Assembly: GCA_043778225.1 (NCBI GenBank)
Contig: JAYWGM010000089.1
Coordinates: forward strand, 1-64,000
DNA length: 64,000 nt
Source of the DNA: Deinococcales bacterium
Lineage (GTDB): Bacteria > Deinococcota > Deinococci > Deinococcales > JAAFIG01
Reading direction: 5' to 3'
The notes under the pieces were generated by a model that was not told where the DNA came from, did no database searches, and was given only the letters and a program-made list of their open reading frames with translations. Position 1 is the first letter of the stretch; each line of letters starts with the position of its first letter. Below are positions 1-7,487 of the stretch, in pieces. Made by a program: the position numbers and the translations under genes.

Positions 1-35
1 AGAAACGAGTTTTATCTCGTCAACAACAACCACAC

Positions 36-114
36 TGTCAAAGAACTCGCTCGTACTCGAGGTGACCTCGTGCAGAGCGACAAAGAATGTATCACTAGAA
101 AACAGATGTGTCAA
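36..114 (-). promoter_or_regulatory. Putative rRNA-operon promoter and leader boxA pointing out of the window
   Basis: Minus strand reads TTGACA (114-109), 17 bp, TGnTACATT (-10 at 91-86), then GTTCTTTGACA (46-36) resembling rrn boxA; no rRNA gene sequence inside the window. Confidence 0.6.
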
Positions 115-466
115 CACCAAAGGGGACATCTCGGGGGAAAGATAGATAGTGCGTGAAGGACAGGTCAAAAGGGTTGGGTCAGGCTCGAGACAAAGGAAAA
201 GTTAGGGTGTGTGAACTCGAGTATAAAGATAAAGATGGCTCGAGAGTAGAAAACTGAGCTAGAAGTGATAATTGCGTCTCAGACAGGAAAAAGCTAAAAA
301 GCAACGGTCGGGAAGCCCCTCTTCAGCTTTCGGCAGCCGTTGCAACTTATCCTTTTTTCCTGCGTTTCCACGAACTTCGTTCGGTTTATGGCTATCCCAC
401 ATGGGAGAAGCTCTCTCGGAAAATGGAAAAAGGCGCTTTTAGTAAAAAAAGCGTTAGACTCGAGCC

Positions 467-907
467 ATGCCAGTTTTGGAGCATTCGACCAACGAATTTA
501 TGGAGCATTTTAAGGCTTCTGCCGCCCGCGTTTTTTTGTACCCTCAGATTGAGGCTTCGCCGCTTCTCGAGGCTCGAGTTGGTGGGCGGGTGATTTATTT
601 GTTTGACCGCATGGGTCCATATGCTGCTGTCAATGGCGAAGCGTTGATGATTATTAATCCGATGGTGGAGAGCTTGGCAATCTCGGAAATACAAGAAGCC
701 GATTTGCGCGTGGTTGGCGTTTCTAGGCTTGAGGGAGTTGGGCAAGTGCTGGCAGTCGAACCAAATCATGTGGTTCTCGAGGCTCGAGCGCCTTTGGTGA
801 TTGGGGTGCTGGATGATTCATGGCGTAAAATCAAAGTTGGGGATTGGGTTGGTTTCTCGAGTTTAGAACCAGTCCATGGATTTTTTGTCAAAAGTATTCG
901 CTTGTAA
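467..907 (+). CDS. Hypothetical protein (beta-rich)
   Basis: 146-aa ORF; leaderless TAGACT-N6-ATG start. Confidence 0.7.
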   Translation: MPVLEHSTNEFMEHFKASAARVFLYPQIEASPLLEARVGGRVIYLFDRMGPYAAVNGEALMIINPMVESLAISEIQEADLRVVGVSRLEGVGQVLAVEPNHVVLEARAPLVIGVLDDSWRKIKVGDWVGFSSLEPVHGFFVKSIRL

Positions 908-951
908 ACTGGCATTACACAGTTTTTTCTCATTTATGTCACAATAGAGCC

Positions 952-2673
952 ATGCAGTGTCCGAGTTGCGCTGACCCAATCAAAGCTGGATGGCGTTTTT
1001 GCCCAGCTTGTGGTGCGATTTTGATGCCAGACAGAGCGCAAGAGCAACGGCGCGTGGCAGTCTTGTTTGTGGATTTGGTTGCCAGTACCAAATTGGCAAA
1101 AAGTTATGGCAGCGAAGAGTATTTTGATTTGATGGGCGAGATTTTGACCGTGCTGGCTGGCGAAATCGAAGCCTTGGATGGTCATGTCGTGCAGTTTCAA
1201 GGCGATGCAGTGCTGGCAGCTTTTGGGCTGACCAAAACTCACCCAGATGATGCAGTGCGTGCTTTGCGGGCAGCAAAATCTTGCTTAAATGCAATCGAGG
1301 CTTATGGGACACGAGTCGGTTTGGAACTCGAGGGACGGGCTGGGATAGACACCGATGATGCCACGACGGGTTGGGTCGGTAAAGAACTGACCTTGTTTGG
1401 TAATGTGGTCAATCTTTCGAGGCGTTTATCGAGTGCAGCTGAACCCGGCGAGGTCTTGGTTTCGGAACGTATCCGCGATGTGGCTCGAGGACAAGCCCAA
1501 TTTATGCTGGCGCACAGCAGAATTATTCGCGATTACAGCGAAGAACGCGGTCCGTATCGTCTGGTCAATTTTAAGATCGCCAAGAATGCAGCCGTTTTGA
1601 CTCCATTTCAAGGGCGGCGCAGCGAACTTTTGTGGCTCGAGAACTTGTGGAGTTTGGCGCAAAACCAAGGTCTGGTACAAGCCCAGATTTTTGGTGCAAG
1701 TGGCACGGGCAAAAGCCGACTGTTGCAAGAATTTACCCAACGCCTTGAGCAAGAAGCCCGTTGTATTACCTTGCACCCAAAGCAGTTAAAACTTGAAGAT
1801 GGGGCATTGGAACGCTTAGATGAACATGAGGCACTGGTTGTAGTCTTGGAGAACGCCGAGCAATTTGAGCCAAACATGATTGAGCAAATCAGTTTACCAA
1901 CCTCTAAACCGCGTTTAATTTTGCACCATCGGCGCAGCCAAGCCCCAGGACTCGAGTCTTTGCGCTTGACGGGTCTGGGGTTTATCGAAACTCGAGCTTT
2001 ACTAGAAAGCCTCAGTGGTCCACAGCCAATCAGTTTGATTCAAGGCTGGCTAGAAATCTCGGCTGGAAATCCGTGGTTACTCGAGCGTTTGGGACGAACC
2101 ACACTCGAACCTGATTTTAAGGCAGAGGCGGCGCAGTTACCAGAAAGTGTGGCTCGAGCCGTGCTGGAAAAACTGGATGAATTACCTCGTTCAGCCAGAG
2201 AAACCTTATCGGCAGCCGCGCTTTTTTCCGATGGTGTTTTTGCTGGAGCGCTCGAGGCTATTTTGAACCGCGAGGTCGGGGCAGATATTCTTAAAATGCA
2301 GCAAGGTGGCTGGCTGACCGAGCTTTTTCCAAGTGCGATTATTGGCGAGACCGAATTTGTTTTTTCGCTGCCAATGGTGCGCCAAATTGCCGCAACCTTA
2401 ACGCCGCTCAAAGGCAAAAAGTTACTGCACTTTGGTTTGGCGGTTTGGTTTCTCGAGCGCGACCCACAAAAAGCTCGAAATCATATGCGCTTATCCAACG
2501 AAGTCACGCCTTCTCGAGTGCGTTTAATCAAGCACCGTTCAACCCAAAGCCTTGACCAAGCGGTGCAACTCGAGCGCTCAGAGGCTGGGCAACTCGAGCG
2601 CTCAGAGGCAGCCCAACTCGAGCGCTCAGAGACAATACTCGAAGAAACAAAAACAGAACGGCTTCAAAAATAG
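952..2673 (+). CDS. Zinc-ribbon + class III adenylate/guanylate cyclase + AAA-type ATPase protein
   Basis: CPSC..CPAC ribbon at Met 952; VLFVDLVAST, FQGDAV and GNVVNLSRRL cyclase motifs; GASGTGKS P-loop. Confidence 0.85.
   Translation: MQCPSCADPIKAGWRFCPACGAILMPDRAQEQRRVAVLFVDLVASTKLAKSYGSEEYFDLMGEILTVLAGEIEALDGHVVQFQGDAVLAAFGLTKTHPDDAVRALRAAKSCLNAIEAYGTRVGLELEGRAGIDTDDATTGWVGKELTLFGNVVNLSRRLSSAAEPGEVLVSERIRDVARGQAQFMLAHSRIIRDYSEERGPYRLVNFKIAKNAAVLTPFQGRRSELLWLENLWSLAQNQGLVQAQIFGASGTGKSRLLQEFTQRLEQEARCITLHPKQLKLEDGALERLDEHEALVVVLENAEQFEPNMIEQISLPTSKPRLILHHRRSQAPGLESLRLTGLGFIETRALLESLSGPQPISLIQGWLEISAGNPWLLERLGRTTLEPDFKAEAAQLPESVARAVLEKLDELPRSARETLSAAALFSDGVFAGALEAILNREVGADILKMQQGGWLTELFPSAIIGETEFVFSLPMVRQIAATLTPLKGKKLLHFGLAVWFLERDPQKARNHMRLSNEVTPSRVRLIKHRSTQSLDQAVQLERSEAGQLERSEAAQLERSETILEETKTERLQK
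2566..2631 (+). repeat. 24-bp tandem repeat x3 encoding QLERSE units
   Basis: caactcgagcgctcagag at 2566, 2590, 2614. Confidence 0.95.
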
Positions 2674-2675
2674 CT

Positions 2676-3230
2676 TTAGAGCTTTCCAAAAGAGACAATC
2701 CAGTATTTTTTATTGTTTTCTGGAATCGTGACAATGGCTGCCCCATAACGATTAAAATCTGTGTCCATAAAGACTTGGCAGTGTCCGACAGTGCTACCAA
2801 TCCAAGCTGTAATCACTGGATTGGGGTCGGTAAATTCAAATGCCATAATCTCACCAAGACTTGTACCCGAGAATCCAGCAGCACGCACTCGAGAAATAAC
2901 TGTGCCATCGCCAGCCCCATCGTGTGGGTCTGATGGCATTGCAGTTTTATGATTCTTTGCCATGTAGTCGGCATGGTTGTGAGCAGCTTTTTGCAATTGT
3001 ACATCAATGATTAAATTTGGCGATGGAGTCGTAAAACTCTTGGCTGGAAACGAAGCACCTGAAGCAGCACAGTTGATAGGTGTACCTCCAGAAGCGCTTT
3101 GTCTTTTTGTATTAATCGCATCGTAAAACGAATTGGCAACTTCGTTGTTGATTGTTGGTACATATGGCGGCGTTGGGCAAGCAACCAAAACAAAAGCTAA
3201 CGCCAAACCAAGCCAAATAAACTTTTTCAT
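2676..3230 (-). CDS. CAP (SCP/PR-1) domain lipoprotein
   Basis: Lipobox LVAC; LQKAAHNHADYMA, GEIMA, W..S..GHC motifs. Confidence 0.85.
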   Translation of the reverse strand: MKKFIWLGLALAFVLVACPTPPYVPTINNEVANSFYDAINTKRQSASGGTPINCAASGASFPAKSFTTPSPNLIIDVQLQKAAHNHADYMAKNHKTAMPSDPHDGAGDGTVISRVRAAGFSGTSLGEIMAFEFTDPNPVITAWIGSTVGHCQVFMDTDFNRYGAAIVTIPENNKKYWIVSFGKL

Positions 3231-3347
3231 GGCAACAGTCTACGGCAAAAACCATATTTTGGTCTCGAGCCAAGCATTGACCGCGTTTCAGACAAGACCA
3301 ATTGCATTGTTGAAACTTCTGGCTTCCAAGTCGCGTAAACTACTGCC

Positions 3348-5144
3348 ATGAAAGCCTCGAGTCTGACCTTTGCCATTATTGGCGCGATTGCCTGTGTGAT
3401 TGGCGCAATTTTGTTTGAAATTCTCTTTCCAGCCCGCGCTAACCTTGCCTCCGAAAACACACGGGTGGCTGTGGCACTGCTAATCGACACCAGTGGCAGC
3501 ATGGAACAAGAGGGCAAACTCGAGGAAGTCAAGCGGGCGGCAGCCGACTATGTGGCGCGACAAACCAGCAATACGACCCTCGAGGGCATGAGCATCAATC
3601 GTTTCTCGAGCGATGCCCAAACGGTTTCTTTGTACAGCCAAGATTTCAATTCGCACCAAAGTGTTATTTCTCGCTTTGTGGCAAGCGGTGCAACCGAAAT
3701 GGCTTCGGGTCTCGAGACGGCTGCCCAGTCTTTGGGGGCGGCAGAGCTAGGCACAACCCGACTGATTCTGCTTTTTACCGATGGTCAGCCGGGTTCAAAT
3801 ATCGAACCCGCCGATGTTGCCAAGCCGCGCACACTGGCGACCGCCAACAGTTTACGCGCCTCTGGCTACCGAATTATTGCCGTCGGTACGCTCGATGCCG
3901 ATATTGATTTTTTAGGGCAGATAACTGGCGACCCAAGTCTGGTTTTTCCAACCAGTGCTGGTAATTTTGCAGCCGCGTTTTCCAAAGCCGATGCCAAAAT
4001 CCGCAATTTGTTCTCGAGCGGCACAGGTGGCAACCGTGGATTTGCCGATGCTTTAATTCTGGGTGCTTTGGTGACGCTTTTTTTAGGCACAGCCTTGTTA
4101 GTTGCCGAAAATACGCTTGGCTTACGGGGGCGTTGGTGGCGCGATGTACTTTGGGTGATTCCAGCCAGTGCCTTACTTGGGGTTGGTGGAGCGCTACTCG
4201 GGCAAGCCCTGTTTGCAATTTTTGGTGATGGCGCTCGGGTGGTTGGCTGGGCAGTGGTTGGCACAATTGCTGGGGCAGTCTTGGGTTTAGCCGACCGTTC
4301 TTCTGCCAAAGCGCTGCGTGGGGCAATCGGTGGCACAGTTGGCGGGGTGGTTGGTGGGCTGGTGTTTAGTCTTTTGGGCAGTGCTTTCTCGAGTGGGATT
4401 TTAGAATTGCTCGGGCGCTTATTGGGTTTTGCGGTGCTTGGCTTTGCGGTCGGCTTAATGCTGCAATTGGTCCAACAAGCCTTAAAAACCGCTTGGCTGA
4501 CGGGCATCACCACAGGAGCTTATGAGGGCAAGCAATATATTTTAGGTAAGCCAATCGTGACCATTGGGCGCTCGGATGGCAACGACATTGGCTTGTACCG
4601 CGAGAAAAACTTGGCGCTCAAACTTGGCACATTTAACTTTAATGCTGGGCGCTGGCTGTACAACGGCGAAGCTGTGCTGGTCAATGGCAACAGCCTCTCG
4701 AGTGCAGCACTGGTCAACGGCGACACGATCAAATTTGGGGCAACCGAATTTTTATTTGAAACCAAAGACGGCGGCAACGCACCACGAGAAGAAGTCACAA
4801 TGCCTCCTGTCCCCGAAGCAACCCCAGAAGCTCGAGTTGTGCCGCCAGAGGCTCAGATTGCGCCAAAATCTTGGAAATTGCGTGGTGCTGAAACCTTTGA
4901 GTTGCCCTTTGGCACAGTCAGACTTGGGCGCAGCGAAGACAACCAATTGGTGATTACTGCCCAGAGCATCAGTGGGTATCATGCGCTGCTCGAGGTTGGG
5001 GCTGAAAATTTGAGCATCACCGATTTAGGCAGCACCAATGGCACATTTGTCAACGACCGACGATTGACCACAAACCAAACCGCAAGCCTCCAAGAAGGAA
5101 CAAGTTTAACGCTTGGTGCGGTGCAATTCCGTATCTCGAGATGA
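3348..5144 (+). CDS. Membrane protein with vWA domain, Gly-rich TM region and two FHA domains
   Basis: MIDAS DTSGS and LFTDG; IGRS..NDI; LGRSEDN..ISGYHA..DLGSTNGTFVN. Confidence 0.85.
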   Translation: MKASSLTFAIIGAIACVIGAILFEILFPARANLASENTRVAVALLIDTSGSMEQEGKLEEVKRAAADYVARQTSNTTLEGMSINRFSSDAQTVSLYSQDFNSHQSVISRFVASGATEMASGLETAAQSLGAAELGTTRLILLFTDGQPGSNIEPADVAKPRTLATANSLRASGYRIIAVGTLDADIDFLGQITGDPSLVFPTSAGNFAAAFSKADAKIRNLFSSGTGGNRGFADALILGALVTLFLGTALLVAENTLGLRGRWWRDVLWVIPASALLGVGGALLGQALFAIFGDGARVVGWAVVGTIAGAVLGLADRSSAKALRGAIGGTVGGVVGGLVFSLLGSAFSSGILELLGRLLGFAVLGFAVGLMLQLVQQALKTAWLTGITTGAYEGKQYILGKPIVTIGRSDGNDIGLYREKNLALKLGTFNFNAGRWLYNGEAVLVNGNSLSSAALVNGDTIKFGATEFLFETKDGGNAPREEVTMPPVPEATPEARVVPPEAQIAPKSWKLRGAETFELPFGTVRLGRSEDNQLVITAQSISGYHALLEVGAENLSITDLGSTNGTFVNDRRLTTNQTASLQEGTSLTLGAVQFRISR

Positions 5145-6349
5145 CCAAACACGTGCGCCTTAAACCGATGAGCCAAAAGGTACAGACTTACGAAACTGCC
5201 CTTGAGTGGTTATTTGCTCGCACTCGAGCCGGAGATATTCGCTCTGGGCTTCGCACCTTGGGCTTGCTCGAGCAATGGAGACATCCGCAGAATGCTTTTG
5301 AAAGCATTCATGTGGTTGGCACAAATGGCAAAGGCAGCACCTGTGCAATGTTAGCGGCTGGGCTGGGGGCAACTGGCTTACGGGTTGGGCGTTTTACGTC
5401 GCCGCACCTCGAGGATTACCGTGAACGAATTGTGATTGGCGAACAAATGATTTCCAAAGAAGCGGTTCTCGAGTTTCTACAATGGGCGCAAGCCAACACC
5501 ACCGATGCGGCTTTTTTTGATTTAACCTTGGTGCTGGGACTCGAATATTTTCGGCAGCAAAAAGTAGATATAGCCGTAGTCGAAGCTGGGGTTGGCGCTC
5601 GCCACGATGCCACCTCGAGTATTAAAAATGTCAAAGCCACGATTATTACCAACATTGACCTTGACCACGAAACCACGATTGGCATTGGCGATTACCCAAG
5701 TATGCTCGAGAACATCGCATGGGAAAAAGCTGGCGCGATTCGGGCAGGTGTGCCAGTCCTGACGGCAGCCAAAGGTGCAGCTTTAGAAGTAATCCGCAGC
5801 GTGGCGCTCCAAGAAGCCGCACCGCTTTATATTCTCGAGCCAAACAATCCACTTTTTGTTCTGCCACACGCCCCACTGTTGCAAGGCGCACATCAACTCG
5901 AGAACGCCGCACTGGCACTGGCAACTCTACGGCTTTTGGGTTATCCAGAACACACCCTAGAAGCTGCCCTGAGCGCCACTTGGGCTGGACGGCTCGAGAC
6001 CATCTTGCACCACGATTGCACTTTTATACTGGATGGAGCGCATAACCCGGCTGGCGCTCGAGCCTTGGCGCAGAGTTTAGCTGGTCAGCAATTTTCCTTG
6101 ATTTTTGCCGCCATGAGCCGTAAGCGGGTTAGCGAAATCCTCGAGCCACTCCTCGGTTTAGCCAGCCAACTGCATTTTGTCTCGGTCAGCCCACAAGGGG
6201 TAAACCCGCTCGAGTTGGCACGCATTTATGGTGGAACAGCGCACTCCAGCCTCGAGGCAGCGATAGAGGCAGTCAGACCTTCCAAAAAAGTCTTGGTGGC
6301 TGGTTCGCTGTACTTGGTTGGGGCGGCTCGGCACTGTCTAAGACAATAA
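5141..6349 (+). CDS. folC: Folylpolyglutamate/dihydrofolate synthase
   Basis: HVVGTNGKGS, FTSPHL, EAGVGAR.DAT, LDGAHNP, GSLYLVG. Confidence 0.95.
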   Translation: MTKHVRLKPMSQKVQTYETALEWLFARTRAGDIRSGLRTLGLLEQWRHPQNAFESIHVVGTNGKGSTCAMLAAGLGATGLRVGRFTSPHLEDYRERIVIGEQMISKEAVLEFLQWAQANTTDAAFFDLTLVLGLEYFRQQKVDIAVVEAGVGARHDATSSIKNVKATIITNIDLDHETTIGIGDYPSMLENIAWEKAGAIRAGVPVLTAAKGAALEVIRSVALQEAAPLYILEPNNPLFVLPHAPLLQGAHQLENAALALATLRLLGYPEHTLEAALSATWAGRLETILHHDCTFILDGAHNPAGARALAQSLAGQQFSLIFAAMSRKRVSEILEPLLGLASQLHFVSVSPQGVNPLELARIYGGTAHSSLEAAIEAVRPSKKVLVAGSLYLVGAARHCLRQ

Positions 6350-6358
6350 AAAAACACC

Positions 6359-6392
6359 TTGAGACGCTTTTGAGACGCTTTTGTATTAGAAT
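6359..6392 (+). promoter_or_regulatory. 11-bp direct repeat abutting a -10 box (possible response-regulator site)
   Basis: ttgagacgctt x2 (6359, 6370) followed by TAGAAT (6387-6392). Confidence 0.3.
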
Positions 6393-6421
6393 GTACTTAG
6401 AATTTCAATTTGGGGGTTGGT

Positions 6422-6829
6422 ATGAGAAACATCCGTTGGGTTTTGGTACTCTTGGCTTTGGGCGGTTTTGGCATCTCGCAGCTTGGTTCGGTCAGTGCGT
6501 TTGGCAGTTACCGCGAACAAGTGGTCAAGCAATTTAAGCTGACCAACAACCGCATTGGCTGCACCTATTGCCATGTCAGCAACGATGGTGGTGCGCCATG
6601 GAATTCTTTTGGGCAAGCGGTGCAAAATAAATTGACGGGCGACATCTCCAAAGCCCTTTTCGATGTCTTATCCGACAAAAAAGACTCAGACGGCGATGGC
6701 TACCTCGATATGCTCGAGGTTTTTGCTGGCACATTACCGGGCAATAAAGACAGCGCTCCCTTGGTGGTTGCCAGTGCTTTGAGTGCGGCTTTTGAAAAAG
6801 CTGGCGGATTAGAGCAGTACAAGCCTTAG
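6422..6829 (+). CDS. Secreted mono-heme c-type cytochrome-like protein with Ca-binding DxDxDG motif
   Basis: Signal peptide, CTYCH, DSDGDGYLD. Confidence 0.7.
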   Translation: MRNIRWVLVLLALGGFGISQLGSVSAFGSYREQVVKQFKLTNNRIGCTYCHVSNDGGAPWNSFGQAVQNKLTGDISKALFDVLSDKKDSDGDGYLDMLEVFAGTLPGNKDSAPLVVASALSAAFEKAGGLEQYKP

Positions 6830-6833
6830 AAGC

Positions 6834-6900
6834 AAGGTGAAAAGTAGAAAAAGGAAAAAGTAACCCCTTTTAACCCTTTTTCCTTTTAACCCTTTCGCCC
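6834..6900. repeat. Intergenic palindrome built from about 8-bp AGG(T/G)NAAA units
   Basis: aaggtgaaaagtagaaaaaggaaaaag followed by cttttaaccctttttccttttaacccttt. Confidence 0.7.
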
Positions 6901-6919
6901 TGTTCCCTTGGAGGTCATT

Positions 6920-7354
6920 ATGAAGTTACTCGAGAAGTTCGTTATCGTTGCCCTTTCACTTGGTTTTGCCGCTTGCGCCCCAGCCGCCGTGGATGGCAAA
7001 AAAGTTGCCCTCTCGAGCTTGAGCACCTTTGCTGATGGTACATCCAGCACCGCCAAAGGCGAGGCGACCTTGGTTGCCCAAACCGATGGCAAGACCAAAA
7101 TCATTGTTTCGGTGGCTGGCTTAACCAAAAGCACCAAACACATTGGTCATGTTCATAATGGCACGTGTGCCGCCCAAGGTCCTGTGGCAATTGTGCTATT
7201 GCGACTCGAGGCAGATGCCAACGGCAACGCAAGCGCCGAAACTGTGGTGGACACTGCCAAATTAGTCGGCGGTCAATATGTCCAGTACCATCAGCGCGAT
7301 GTTGGCGCAGACGGTGGCATTGGCGGCGGCATTGTTTGTGGAGACATAAAGTAG
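6920..7354 (+). CDS. Cu/Zn-SOD-like (possibly Cu-only or CHRD-like) lipoprotein
   Basis: Lipobox FAAC; HIGHVHNGTC, YVQYH, terminal CGDI. Confidence 0.65.
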   Translation: MKLLEKFVIVALSLGFAACAPAAVDGKKVALSSLSTFADGTSSTAKGEATLVAQTDGKTKIIVSVAGLTKSTKHIGHVHNGTCAAQGPVAIVLLRLEADANGNASAETVVDTAKLVGGQYVQYHQRDVGADGGIGGGIVCGDIK

Positions 7355-7361
7355 AGGGTAA

Positions 7362-7471
7362 AAGGTGAAAAGGTAAAGGCGACCAGCCCGTGAGGTGCAT
7401 CTTTAAGTCAAGACAGGTGCGTGTCTATGGTCAAGAAGTTTAACCCTTTGCCCTTTTTACCTTTTCACCTT
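7362..7471. repeat. 16-bp perfect inverted repeat of the octamer family
   Basis: aaggtgaaaaggtaaa (7362-7377) / tttaccttttcacctt (7456-7471). Confidence 0.85.
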
Positions 7472-7487
7472 GCTCCTAAGGAGAATT

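Noticed and set aside
1..156. Plus-strand partial ORF at the window start
   Set aside because: No recognisable protein features; minus-strand promoter/leader explains the sequence
3866..4513. Long antisense ORFs (also 8868-9608, 42541-43164, 45079-45873)
   Set aside because: Shadows of well-supported genes on the opposite strand
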